Shown one piece after another: positions 45,874 through 55,629 of a DNA stretch of 59,466 nt. Positions within the stretch are counted from its first letter, which is position 1. Each line of letters begins with the position of its first letter. The position numbers and the translations under genes were made by a program. The notes under the pieces were generated by a model. The model was given only the letters and a program-made list of their open reading frames with translations, made no database searches and had not been told where the DNA came from. The stretch comes from Poseidonia sp. (GTDB lineage Archaea > Thermoplasmatota > Poseidoniia > Poseidoniales > Poseidoniaceae), in contig JAYPCE010000005.1 in assembly GCA_038124565.1 (NCBI GenBank), positions 1-59,466 on the forward strand, in the 5' to 3' direction.

Positions 45874-46468
45874 AGGTGGCCAACCATTCTTTGAGCGCAT
45901 CGTGGTGCTCGGTTGGAATCATGTGACCTTTTTCATGTTCTACCAATTCTACCGACCAGCCGCCGGTTTCGAAGAGATGAGCCACGGCCCAGCCATCTTC
46001 CATCGGAACACGGACGTCTTTGTTTCCATGCATCCAAAACATGCGTTTGGAACCCAATTCTTCCAACCGAATTCGCAACTCCATCGGACGAACAAGCCGT
46101 GTGGCGATGCAAATCACACCTTCAATCCGGTCGGCCACAGGCAATTGCAGCAACTCTTGGGCCATCGCACCACCTTGGGAAAAACCTCCCACGACCAACG
46201 GCCCCAACGGGGCTTCTTCGGCGATGAGTTTCTCGAGTTGAGACAAGCTTGCATCAACGTCAATTAACTCCTTGCGAGAGAGGTTCAAGCGTCGTGTAAC
46301 ATCAGCGTCGTAATCCTCGTACCGCCACCAAGTGTAGCCACGGTTCGGGTGGGGGAAACGCGCTTCCGGAACAAGCAACGTCCAGCCCTCTGGGAGTATT
46401 TTTTCAGCAAACGGTCGCATCATGGATGCATCCCCCGTCATGCCATGCATCATGATGAGCGTGGGCAT
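45866..46468 (-). CDS. Phospholipase/carboxylesterase (alpha/beta hydrolase)
   Basis: MHGMTG, GFSQGG nucleophile elbow, HGNKD, GH triad motifs. Confidence 0.88.
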   Translation of the reverse strand: MPTLIMMHGMTGDASMMRPFAEKILPEGWTLLVPEARFPHPNRGYTWWRYEDYDADVTRRLNLSRKELIDVDASLSQLEKLIAEEAPLGPLVVGGFSQGGAMAQELLQLPVADRIEGVICIATRLVRPMELRIRLEELGSKRMFWMHGNKDVRVPMEDGWAVAHLFETGGWSVELVEHEKGHMIPTEHHDALKEWLATFT

Positions 46469-46477
46469 ACGGCTCCC

Positions 46478-47434
46478 TCACAAGGTCCACTGCGTGACGA
46501 TGGCGCCAGCTACTTTGAGATGAAGTGACGATGCTTGACCCCGCAAGGTCACGGTCAGTGAATAATCGCCTGAGAGGGAGGGGATGGTGCCGATGGCTCC
46601 TTTTTCGGTCGCCCCCGAACCCCAAGCACGGGTAAGCGGAGAGGCTCCTTGATGGTCTTTCATCGTCAGCGTACCCGAGCCGCCGGCGGCGATGTCAACA
46701 TCAAGATACCACACCAACACATCCCAATCTTCCCCATCAGGATGACCGCTGTCGAGGAAGGAATCGTAGATGTCGTTGTCGTTTTCCTCATAGAGGCTGT
46801 CGAGTAAATCCCGCGCTTGGTAGAAGTAGACATCCCCCTCGTAGCCTGATTTTGATTGCGTGAGGGTCATTCGCAATTGTTCAACGGAACCATCGTCGGT
46901 CCAAACAAGCGACGACAGGAAGCCTTGACGCCCACTGAAGGCGTAGGTCAATCGATGTTGCTCATCGGATTGTGCAACGACATTGACCACGCCGTTGTAT
47001 ATGGAGACGGTCGAAGCAGACCAAGCCTGACCGAAGAGGGTGAAGGTCCAGATGCTGTCTTCCTCCCATGGGAAGTTAAACACCGGTTGGGCCGTTCCTT
47101 GTTCGTACACTGAAAGACCGTCCATGGTGATTCGGCCAAGGAAGGGATTGTGGTTGATGACCGCATGCCGTTGTGCCTCTCGCTCGTTTGAAATGCCCAC
47201 TCGGTAGAGGCCTTCATCTTCATCCACCTCGGCAACGACCAGGCGTGCACTGTCTTCACCGAATTGCGGTGTCGTGAAGGTGTAGAGCCATTGGTCGCCC
47301 ACCTCCCATACAGGCAGGGCCAATTCTGCTTCGGTGGTATCACCCATCCCGTTGCTGCTGATGCTTGGCCCTTCAAGACAGCCCGCCATGCTCAGCGAAA
47401 GCATGAGCGACGAGAGGAGGTACACACTTCGCAT
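46478..47434 (-). CDS. Hypothetical lipoprotein
   Basis: Lipobox LSMAGC; acidic beta-rich body (PVWEVGDQWLY); no family recognised. Confidence 0.7.
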   Translation of the reverse strand: MRSVYLLSSLMLSLSMAGCLEGPSISSNGMGDTTEAELALPVWEVGDQWLYTFTTPQFGEDSARLVVAEVDEDEGLYRVGISNEREAQRHAVINHNPFLGRITMDGLSVYEQGTAQPVFNFPWEEDSIWTFTLFGQAWSASTVSIYNGVVNVVAQSDEQHRLTYAFSGRQGFLSSLVWTDDGSVEQLRMTLTQSKSGYEGDVYFYQARDLLDSLYEENDNDIYDSFLDSGHPDGEDWDVLVWYLDVDIAAGGSGTLTMKDHQGASPLTRAWGSGATEKGAIGTIPSLSGDYSLTVTLRGQASSLHLKVAGAIVTQWTL

Positions 47435-47496
47435 GGTCATCGGTTCATAGCCTCGCTTGAAAGGCTAACGCTCTGCAGAAGAGAATCAACTGTGCT

Positions 47497-49566
47497 TCAA
47501 AGCAAGCCATTCTGCGTCAGAACATCGGCGCCAGCAAGCACGACAGCCACGATGGACATCAGCTTGATGAGAATGTTGAGCGAAGGCCCGGAGGTGTCCT
47601 TGAACGGGTCGCCAATGGTGTCACCAATAACAGCAGCATCGTGTGCTTCATCGCCTTTCTTGGCGCCAGGAATATGGTCTTGCTCAATGGCTTTCTTGGC
47701 GTTGTCCCAAGCACCACCTGCGTTGGCCATGAACAGAGCGAGGAGCACGCCGGTCACAAGAGACCCAGCAAGCAGGCCGCCGAGGGCGTCGTATCCCAAT
47801 CCATACCCGACCACAACAGGAGCGATCACAGCCACCACGCCGGGGCCGACCATCTCACGGAGAGCCGCCTTGGTCGAGATGTCAACGCATGTTTGCGAGT
47901 CAGGCTTTACACCCTCTTTGCCTTCCAAAAGGCCAGGAATTTCCTTGAATTGGCGGCGGATTTCAACCACCATGTCGCCAGCCGCCTTGCCGACCGATGT
48001 CATGGTCATAGCGGCAACCACGAAGGGAAGGCCACCACCAATGAGCAGGCCAATGACGACCATTGGGTTGGTCAATCCCAAATCAAGCATACCGCCGTTG
48101 GCACCAATGGCCGAGGTGTAGGCTGCGAAGAGGGCGAGGGCCGTGAGAGCGGCCGAGCCAATGGCGAAACCTTTGCCGACCGCTGCCGTGGTGTTACCGA
48201 TGGAATCGAGTTCGTCAGTGATGGCTCGGACATCATCGCCCAAACCGCTCATCTCGGCAATACCACCAGCGTTGTCAGCCACGGGGCCGTACGCATCAAC
48301 CGTCATGGTTACGCCGACCGTCGCCAACATGCCCATGGCCGCCATAGCGATACAGTAGAGCCCGTAGGTGTCTCCACCCAACTCGTTCGCACCCAAAATA
48401 CCCAGAGCAATGAGGACGACAGGAATGAACGTGGACTTCATACCAACGGAAAGTCCGGCGATAGCGTTGGTAGCAGGGCCAGTCTTCGACATCTCACCGA
48501 TGTGAGGAATGGCCTTGGTCTTGATACCCATGACAGGCTCAATGCCAGTGTAGTACTCGGTCACCAATCCGATGAGAATACCCACGATGCTACCGAGAAC
48601 CACAGCGTGCATCACGCCGATTTCAACAGCGATGAGGCCTTGGTTGATGGCGATGTAACCACCGGCCCAAAACAAGATGGCGCCGATGAAGGTGGTGTTG
48701 CGAAGGGCCACGGCAGGGTCTTTGCCGTTCTTGAGGAAGGCCATGGAAAACACCCCGATAATGGATGCGAGGTAACCGATGAAACCCAACAGGATGGGCA
48801 TCATGATGTAGTCGGTGGCGAAGTTGTCCGAACTGGCGATGATCATGGCGGCGATGATAGAGCCGACGAAGGACTCGAAGATGTCGGCGCCCATACCGGC
48901 TACGTCGCCGACGTTGTCACCGACGTTATCAGCGATGACACCGGGGTTGCGTGGGTCATCTTCAGGAATACCGGCTTCAACCTTACCGACGAGGTCAGCA
49001 CCGACGTCAGCCGCCTTCGTGTAAATACCACCACCCACACGGGCGAAGAGAGCGATGGACGACGCGCCCATGCCAAACCCTGCTGCAGCCGAGAGGTCTG
49101 GGCTGGTGCCGTCAGCACCGAGCCAAAGCGCCACAAGGGAAATACCGAGGAGACCAAGACCGCCCACGGAAAGACCCATCACGGCCCCGCCGTTGTAGGA
49201 GACAGCGAGCGCCCCTGCTTGTCCTTCGGACTTCGCAGCCATGGCTGTTCGGCCGTTGGCCGAGGTCGCCGCTCGCATACCCGAGAAACCGGCCAAGACC
49301 GATGCAACAGCACCTGCAAAGAAGGCGATGGCCGTGTCCATATCGTTGATGACGGCCAAAACGGCCCCCACGACCACACAGAAAATGGCCAGAACGCGAT
49401 ATTCTGCAAAGAGGAACGCCATGGCTCCTTTCTGAATTTCTTCGGTGATGTCGGCAACCGTTTCGTTGTCGATCTTCACTTTGTTCACTTGCTGGTAAAG
49501 CATGAACGCAATCAGCAATCCAACGGCTGCTGCGCCTGCCGAAATCAGTGCAATGTTCTCCATCAT
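47497..49566 (-). CDS. hppA: Membrane-integral pyrophosphatase, K+-dependent, Na+-translocating type
   Basis: [57 protein letters not shown]; GNTTAA (K+-dependent) and DIFES (Na+-PPase Glu position). Confidence 0.95.
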   Translation of the reverse strand: MMENIALISAGAAAVGLLIAFMLYQQVNKVKIDNETVADITEEIQKGAMAFLFAEYRVLAIFCVVVGAVLAVINDMDTAIAFFAGAVASVLAGFSGMRAATSANGRTAMAAKSEGQAGALAVSYNGGAVMGLSVGGLGLLGISLVALWLGADGTSPDLSAAAGFGMGASSIALFARVGGGIYTKAADVGADLVGKVEAGIPEDDPRNPGVIADNVGDNVGDVAGMGADIFESFVGSIIAAMIIASSDNFATDYIMMPILLGFIGYLASIIGVFSMAFLKNGKDPAVALRNTTFIGAILFWAGGYIAINQGLIAVEIGVMHAVVLGSIVGILIGLVTEYYTGIEPVMGIKTKAIPHIGEMSKTGPATNAIAGLSVGMKSTFIPVVLIALGILGANELGGDTYGLYCIAMAAMGMLATVGVTMTVDAYGPVADNAGGIAEMSGLGDDVRAITDELDSIGNTTAAVGKGFAIGSAALTALALFAAYTSAIGANGGMLDLGLTNPMVVIGLLIGGGLPFVVAAMTMTSVGKAAGDMVVEIRRQFKEIPGLLEGKEGVKPDSQTCVDISTKAALREMVGPGVVAVIAPVVVGYGLGYDALGGLLAGSLVTGVLLALFMANAGGAWDNAKKAIEQDHIPGAKKGDEAHDAAVIGDTIGDPFKDTSGPSLNILIKLMSIVAVVLAGADVLTQNGLL

Positions 49567-49727
49567 CAATTAACACCTGTTGCCCTGCGCCACTTAGGAA
49601 CCCTTGATAAGCCGTTCCCCCTTCATACAACGCTCTGTGCTGGTTTTGTTCTGTCGTTGCAACGGCCACAACGAAAAACGATGATGACGAGGCAATCGTT
49701 CAAAGAGGTGGAAGCAGTCGCCGAGGC

Positions 49728-50075
49728 ATGAGCATCACAGCCGAGGAAGTCCTCGCTGAGGTCGGCCCCATTCAAGCGACCTTGAACGCTCATGATGGCG
49801 TTGTAACGGTCATTGATACCACCGATGGAAACATCATGCTCTCCCTTGATGGAGGATGTACTGGCTGCTCATCAACGCCGAGTACAGCGATGCACATCTA
49901 CTACTCGCTCAAGAAGTTGGAACAGGTCAACGATGTCATCTTTGTCAACGGAGAGTTGCCCGAGTTCATGCGCACCTTCATCGACCAAAAAATGGCGAAA
50001 GAAGCCGAAGAGGCCGCCGCAAGTGAACCATCATCTGCTGGCGATGACCGTGAGCCTCAAGGAGAAATTGTCTGA
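49728..50075 (+). CDS. NifU/NfuA C-terminal domain protein
   Basis: L.AHDG.V, LDGGCTGCSS (CxxC). Confidence 0.8.
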   Translation: MSITAEEVLAEVGPIQATLNAHDGVVTVIDTTDGNIMLSLDGGCTGCSSTPSTAMHIYYSLKKLEQVNDVIFVNGELPEFMRTFIDQKMAKEAEEAAASEPSSAGDDREPQGEIV

Positions 50076-50405
50076 TTATTCCTCTTCTTTCATACGACCG
50101 ATGCTGTGTGGATTGGCGCCAAACGAGACGTTTTCTCCTTTGATGTTCATTCTCGCAGAGATGGCGAGAATCACGCAAAACAACGCCAGCGGACGGGGAA
50201 GATAACCCGAACCCCACAGTTCACCTCCTAAAGTTGGAAGCCACCACAACACCGCTGCGGCCGCCATCAAACAGACAAAAATGATGTTTTGAACGGCGGT
50301 TTCAGCACGGGGAGAACGGGAAAAACTCGCAATGAAGGTGAACAGGACAGCTGAAATGCCGCACAGGGATTCAGCCAGGAGTTCAACCAACCCGACATCC
50401 ACCAT
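50076..50405 (-). CDS. Small hypothetical membrane protein (3 TM)
   Basis: Hydrophobic 109-aa C-terminal part of ORF 50076..50843, starting at MVDVGL; the upstream extension overlaps polX on the opposite strand. Confidence 0.65.
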   Translation of the reverse strand: MVDVGLVELLAESLCGISAVLFTFIASFSRSPRAETAVQNIIFVCLMAAAAVLWWLPTLGGELWGSGYLPRPLALFCVILAISARMNIKGENVSFGANPHSIGRMKEEE

Positions 50406-50482
50406 GCTTGACGCAACCGCCAGATGTTCTTGAAGATGGGCCTTGGCGAACCTTTGTGTAGGGTCGCCAACCTCTTCTGTGT

Positions 50483-52426
50483 ATGGCAGGAGGGACGTTC
50501 GCACTTCCCAAACCGAGACCGAACGGCCCGCCCTATTTTTCGCGCAACCAAATCGCCAATGTTCTGCACCAAGTGGCGGTGTTGTTGGAACTGCAAGGCG
50601 CCAATGTCTTCCGAGTCCGGTCCTACCAAAACGCCAGCCGTATGCTCGGGAGCATGACCGAAGATTTGGCAGAACTGGTGGCCAGCGGTGAAATTTACGA
50701 AATAAAAGGCATCGGCAAGGGATTGGGCAGCGCCCTTTCCCAAGCCATGAACGATGGTGAATGGCCCGATGATTGGGTGGACCTTCACACCCAAACGCCA
50801 CCTGGACTGATCGAGATGCTCGGGATTCCTGGACTCGGCCCAAAACGTATCAAAATCATGGCCGATGAACTTGGGGTTGATTCGGTTGCCAGCCTCAAAC
50901 AAGCGGCGTTGGACAACAAGATCGCCCCGATGAAGGGCTTTGGAGCCAAGTCTCAACAACGCATGCTTGACGGCATTGAATTGCTGTCTCGGTTTCGTGC
51001 TCGCCGTCGTCTCGATATCGGTTTGCGGTACGGCGAAGCCTTCCAACGCAAAATTGCAGGCCTAAGCGGTGTCCACCGGGCGACTTTGGCGGGGAGCGCA
51101 CGGCGACGTAAAGACACGATTGGAGACCTGGATGTCGTGGTTGCGGTGGATGAAGCGGACCATGACAGCGTCGCCAACGCCATCCTCAATCTTCCCGGAA
51201 TTGCCGATGTCAAGGGAGCTGGAGATTCGAAAATCAGCCTCATTCTCGACACCACCATCTTTGACGAGTCGTTTACCGTGGGACACATTGACCCCAATGT
51301 GCTGGACGCCATCGGGGGTGACGACTACGAACAACTCGAAGCCGGTGGGACCATTGACGCACAAGTTCGGCTGGTACCGCTTCATGTTGAACCGTTCACG
51401 CTGGCATACTTCACCGGAAGCAAGGAGCACAACATCGCCATGCGACAACGCGCCATTGACCGTGGCCTACGCCTCAACGAGTTCGGGTTGATTCCTGAAG
51501 CCGAAGCCGGCGAACTGAAAGGCATGGATGCGGCGGTGCACTCCCTGCAAGCCGCCGATGAGGCCGCTATCTACTCGCATCTGGACATGGCGTGGGTGCC
51601 TCCTGAGCTACGCGAGGACATGGGTGAAGTTGAAGCGGCGGCAGCCAACAGTCTTCCCAACTTGATTCAAACGAGCGACGTGCGAGGCTCCCTGCACAAC
51701 CACACGACGCTGTCTGACGGTGAAGCCAGCCTTGAGGTGATGGCGGATACAGCGCAGAAGATGGGGTGGTCGTGGCTTGGCATTGCGGACCATTCACCAA
51801 CGCTGAAAATTGCTAACGGCGCCAGTGCCGGCGACCTTCTTGCTCAAGGTCGGACCATCAAGCAGTACAACGCCGATTGGGCGAAGAAAGATGTTGATTT
51901 CAGACTGTTTCACGGGGTGGAGTCCGACATTCTTGAAGGTGGAAAATTGGACCACCCCGACGATGTGCTGGCTGAATTGGATTATGTGGTAGCCAGCGTT
52001 CACGCTATGACCAAATGGCGAGGTCGTGACGAGGTGGAAAACACGGAGGAACTCATGAAGGTCATCGACCACCCAGCCACCACCGTCCTTGGCCACCCGA
52101 CCGGGCGAATTCTCCAAGGAAGGGAAGGGTACGAAGTGGACCTCTTTGCCGTGCTTGAACACATGGCGGAACACAACGATGAGGGTCGCCTCAAGGCAGT
52201 GGAACTCAACGCTAGCCCCTACCGATTGGACCTTGATTGGCGATTGTGCAAGCATGCCAAAGGCCTCGGGGTGCCCGTGGCCATCAACCCGGACGCCCAC
52301 TCGATTCGTGGCCTCAGCGACATCGCCTACGGCGTCATGACCGCTCGCAAAGGATGGTTGGAGGCCAACGACACGCTCAACAGCATGTCAGCGTCAACCC
52401 TTGCTGACCGATTGAGTCACCGGTGA
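50483..52426 (+). CDS. polX: DNA polymerase X family / PHP domain protein (PolX)
   Basis: HhH motifs (IKGIGKG, IPGLGPK), AGSARR, GDLD, YFTGSKEHN, PPELRED; PHP motifs HNHT..SDG, DHS, HPTGR, NPDAH. Confidence 0.93.
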   Translation: MAGGTFALPKPRPNGPPYFSRNQIANVLHQVAVLLELQGANVFRVRSYQNASRMLGSMTEDLAELVASGEIYEIKGIGKGLGSALSQAMNDGEWPDDWVDLHTQTPPGLIEMLGIPGLGPKRIKIMADELGVDSVASLKQAALDNKIAPMKGFGAKSQQRMLDGIELLSRFRARRRLDIGLRYGEAFQRKIAGLSGVHRATLAGSARRRKDTIGDLDVVVAVDEADHDSVANAILNLPGIADVKGAGDSKISLILDTTIFDESFTVGHIDPNVLDAIGGDDYEQLEAGGTIDAQVRLVPLHVEPFTLAYFTGSKEHNIAMRQRAIDRGLRLNEFGLIPEAEAGELKGMDAAVHSLQAADEAAIYSHLDMAWVPPELREDMGEVEAAAANSLPNLIQTSDVRGSLHNHTTLSDGEASLEVMADTAQKMGWSWLGIADHSPTLKIANGASAGDLLAQGRTIKQYNADWAKKDVDFRLFHGVESDILEGGKLDHPDDVLAELDYVVASVHAMTKWRGRDEVENTEELMKVIDHPATTVLGHPTGRILQGREGYEVDLFAVLEHMAEHNDEGRLKAVELNASPYRLDLDWRLCKHAKGLGVPVAINPDAHSIRGLSDIAYGVMTARKGWLEANDTLNSMSASTLADRLSHR

Positions 52427-52466
52427 GGAAGCACACATTCATGACTCCCCGTGGATTGGAAGCGTC

Positions 52467-52676
52467 ATGCGAACCCTCCGCACCATCATCATGGGCAGCG
52501 TCATGGTCATTCCGGGCTTGCTCTTGGGCCTCCTGGTGTGGTACATTGCTGGCAAGCCAGAGACCGAACCGCTTGAGACGCTGATTTGCAACGGTATCCC
52601 GCTCACGTCAATTTTTCTCGGCCTCTACTTTGGTTGGCAGACCGGTGAGGAATACAGTATGACCTACGAAGGCTAG
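52467..52676 (+). CDS. Small hypothetical membrane protein (2 TM)
   Basis: 69 aa with two hydrophobic helices; fills the gap between polX and nth. Confidence 0.6.
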   Translation: MRTLRTIIMGSVMVIPGLLLGLLVWYIAGKPETEPLETLICNGIPLTSIFLGLYFGWQTGEEYSMTYEG

Positions 52677-52684
52677 GTGGGTTT

Positions 52685-53335
52685 GTGAAGCGCAGCGAAA
52701 AGGCGGAACGGATTGCAGAGCAATTGGCAGGCTTGTATCCCGTCATCCCCATCCCCTTGGACCACAGCAACCCGTTTGAACTCCTGGTCGCCGTGCTGAT
52801 GAGTGCCCAAACGACCGACCTCAAAGTGAACGAAGTCACGCCGGCTCTTTTCGCCAAAGCCAACTCAGCAACGCGTATGGCGGCTCTTGAGGTTGACACC
52901 ATCCTCACCGACATACGTCAAGTGGGCCTCGCTCCGACCAAAGCCAAGAATATCAAGCGACTCTCTGAGATACTCGTTGAACAGCACAACGGTGAGGTCC
53001 CCGCCTCATTTGAGGCTCTTGAAGCCCTGCCAGGCGTTGGCCACAAAACTGCGAGTGTGGTCATGTCTCAGGCCTTCGGCGTGCCTGCTTTTCCTGTTGA
53101 CACACACATTCACCGTCTCGCCGCTCGCTGGGGTCTTTCAAACGGCACGACCGTGGAAAGAACAGAACACGACCTGAAAGCCGTCTTTCCTCGAGAGAAA
53201 TGGAACGACCTTCACCTGCAAATCATCTTCTTCGGCCGGGAGTATTGCCCCGCTCGTTTCCATGACCTCACGCAGTGCCCAATCTGTTCATGGGCTGCCT
53301 CAAAGAAGCGTATTCGCGAGGAGATGAAGCGTTAA
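52685..53335 (+). CDS. nth: Endonuclease III (HhH-GPD DNA glycosylase)
   Basis: PFELLVAVLMSAQTTD, LPGVGHKTA (catalytic K), FPVDTHIHR (catalytic D). Confidence 0.93.
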   Translation: MKRSEKAERIAEQLAGLYPVIPIPLDHSNPFELLVAVLMSAQTTDLKVNEVTPALFAKANSATRMAALEVDTILTDIRQVGLAPTKAKNIKRLSEILVEQHNGEVPASFEALEALPGVGHKTASVVMSQAFGVPAFPVDTHIHRLAARWGLSNGTTVERTEHDLKAVFPREKWNDLHLQIIFFGREYCPARFHDLTQCPICSWAASKKRIREEMKR

Positions 53336-53339
53336 CGCC

Positions 53340-53771
53340 TCAGAACAACGAGAACCCACGACCAACAATGCTCGTGATCAATACAACGGCGGCCAGCATG
53401 AACGCAATACGCATGCCGACATGTTGTCCTTGTTCTTCTTGTGCTTCTCGCACAAAAGCATAGCTGAGCATGGTCAAAGCACCGGTTTGGAGAACGGCAC
53501 TGATGGCACCGAAGAAGGAGATTTGGAACATATAACTGTCCACATCGTCTGCGTATTCTTCTGCTTCCTTGGTGTCAGTCATGTCGTAATCGGCCATGTC
53601 AGGCATTGAAGATGTGAATGGAAGTTCTCCGAAGGCGGCGGAAAACACCAACAAAGCAAGGCCAATCATCAACCATTTCTGAAAGGCGTAGATGTTTCCT
53701 TTCAACATGCCCGAGGCGGGAGGCTGATACGGTGAGGCTGCTGCTGGGGCCATAGGTGCGGGGGCTTGCAT
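53340..53771 (-). CDS. Hypothetical membrane protein (3 TM, Pro-rich N-terminus)
   Basis: Start at MQAPAPMAP avoids overlap with arlJ; three hydrophobic segments. Confidence 0.65.
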   Translation of the reverse strand: MQAPAPMAPAAASPYQPPASGMLKGNIYAFQKWLMIGLALLVFSAAFGELPFTSSMPDMADYDMTDTKEAEEYADDVDSYMFQISFFGAISAVLQTGALTMLSYAFVREAQEEQGQHVGMRIAFMLAAVVLITSIVGRGFSLF

Positions 53772-53814
53772 GAACCCAGATTGGTATAGAAAGGAAATGA
53801 ATGTTCCCAATACA

Positions 53815-55617
53815 CTAGACACTGAAAATACTGCTTGCTCGTTCAAGCAAGACCGCAGTGACCCACGAGGCTAAACCCGCGACCCAGGTCAATTGAATCA
53901 TTTGACCCAATGCGCTCGTCTTTGTGCCTCCACGAAGCCGAGTGGCGATGGAAGACACCGCCACGACCTGCATGATGATAAGGATGGAGATGATGATTTT
54001 GAACATGCGAATGTTGTCATCGACCGAAGATGCATCCTCCATCACGGGCAGGGCAACACCTCCCCCAAAATCGGACAGCTGACTCACGTCTTGGTCAACA
54101 AACCCGCTCGCTACTCCGGCGATGGCCTCGCCGAGTTGAAGCACGATGGTCGTCGTGACGTTAAGCGAAGCAACGCTCGAGATCAACAACCCAAGCGCAA
54201 CGCCCCACATGGTATTGGCCGACAATGCACGACGGTTGCGCAGTGAAAGGAGGTTGCCTACTGAGCGAGAAACCATTTCTGCAGTTTCGGCTGGTTTGCC
54301 TGATGATTGCGACCCTTCGATGTAAATGCGAGTGTACCGAGAAATGACCGCAGAGTTGGTATCGGCGGTGAAATAATCCCATGCGCGGTCCGAATCAATG
54401 CGTGTGGATAACCGCTTTTCAAGTCGGTCAATGGAATTATCAAGCATACCGAAATCAATACCTCGCAATGCTTTGATGGTGGCTGATGGTTCCGCCGACC
54501 GCGCTTGTGCCGTACCGCCAAGAGCCCGGATGAAATCAGGATAGGTTTCATCCCGTCGCTGGATTTGACGCTCCTCACGCCGAACCATCATCGCAGGGAT
54601 GAGCAACGGGGAGAACGGGACGGCGATGAACAACAGCCCGTACTTGTCCCATTGGGACGTTAAATCGTCCCACACCCAAATCAAGGTGAGCACAGCCAAC
54701 ACCAACAGGCCAATCGTGATGGCGCTCGACAACAAAAACGAGCGTCGAAAGTTGATTCTGAAGGGCGTATCCATTTCGTCACGGGCAAAAGTTTGGTCCT
54801 TGGGAATCGTTGCTCGGAAGGCGAACACTGCACCTATTTGTATGAAACCAAAAATCAACGATGCGAGCAACAAAAAGCGCAACCGGCTTGCCACCTCAAT
54901 GGGCGTATCGTTCGCACCACCCACCTCAAACAAGACAAGATGAATGCCTGCAATCACCAAGCCAAACAACCCGGCCGTGACCAAGGAGACATAGATTTCC
55001 TTGAGCGTATCAACTGATTCCAAACGGGTGTCATACAGTGTGTTGTATTGTTCGGCAATGGTTTCCTGCTCAGAACGCATGAACTCGTCAATGGGTTGGC
55101 CGGCTTCAATGGAGAAGGCCATTCGGTCAAGGAAATCGGACCAAAGAGGACTTGGACTTTGTTGGGCCACAATACGGGCTGCTTCAGGCAAAGAAGTGTG
55201 CCACTTGTCGACCAGCGTTTCGATGCGTTTCACTTCTGAAGCCAATTCCCCATAATCCCGCATCTGTTTGAGAATATCAAAGATGGATTGAGCGCCAACC
55301 TCTCCGATGGAAAGAATGCCCATTCGAGTAATGAACATGTGCATTTCCGCTTCAATAAGTGTGGCCGAACGCTGGACTTCCAAGAGAGGAAAGGCCACGG
55401 CTGCAATTAACGACATAAGCGTCAACAACAAGACAAAGAGGACACCGGTAAAGCCGGCAAACAGGGCTCCTTCAGCGAGGCCTCCAGTGAGGAAGACCAA
55501 CACGATGGCGATCAAGAATGTTGTAGCCACGATTGGGGCGACATACAGAGCGAGAAATCGCCCGACGGGCATTTCAAGACGACGTAGGGCAATGTGCCAG
55601 ATTGGCATGCGCTCCAT
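53815..55617 (-). CDS. arlJ: Archaellum membrane platform protein ArlJ (FlaJ)
   Basis: MHMFITRMGILS, WHTSLPEAAR..PS..DFLDRMA, YPDFIRALG; two T2SSF-like halves; follows arlI. Confidence 0.9.
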   Translation of the reverse strand: MERMPIWHIALRRLEMPVGRFLALYVAPIVATTFLIAIVLVFLTGGLAEGALFAGFTGVLFVLLLTLMSLIAAVAFPLLEVQRSATLIEAEMHMFITRMGILSIGEVGAQSIFDILKQMRDYGELASEVKRIETLVDKWHTSLPEAARIVAQQSPSPLWSDFLDRMAFSIEAGQPIDEFMRSEQETIAEQYNTLYDTRLESVDTLKEIYVSLVTAGLFGLVIAGIHLVLFEVGGANDTPIEVASRLRFLLLASLIFGFIQIGAVFAFRATIPKDQTFARDEMDTPFRINFRRSFLLSSAITIGLLVLAVLTLIWVWDDLTSQWDKYGLLFIAVPFSPLLIPAMMVRREERQIQRRDETYPDFIRALGGTAQARSAEPSATIKALRGIDFGMLDNSIDRLEKRLSTRIDSDRAWDYFTADTNSAVISRYTRIYIEGSQSSGKPAETAEMVSRSVGNLLSLRNRRALSANTMWGVALGLLISSVASLNVTTTIVLQLGEAIAGVASGFVDQDVSQLSDFGGGVALPVMEDASSVDDNIRMFKIIISILIIMQVVAVSSIATRLRGGTKTSALGQMIQLTWVAGLASWVTAVLLERASSIFSV

Positions 55618-55629
55618 ACTTCATCATCC

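Noticed and set aside
43237-46468. Possible island integrated at tRNA-Glu
   Set aside because: No integrase, and I found no duplicated tRNA 3' end by eye; the downstream genes look ordinary.
47641-49731. 696-aa ORF antisense to hppA, and similar long antisense ORFs over the giant gene, the ABC genes and polX
   Set aside because: These are shadow frames produced by biased codon usage of the real genes; they show no motifs and overlap well-supported CDSs completely.
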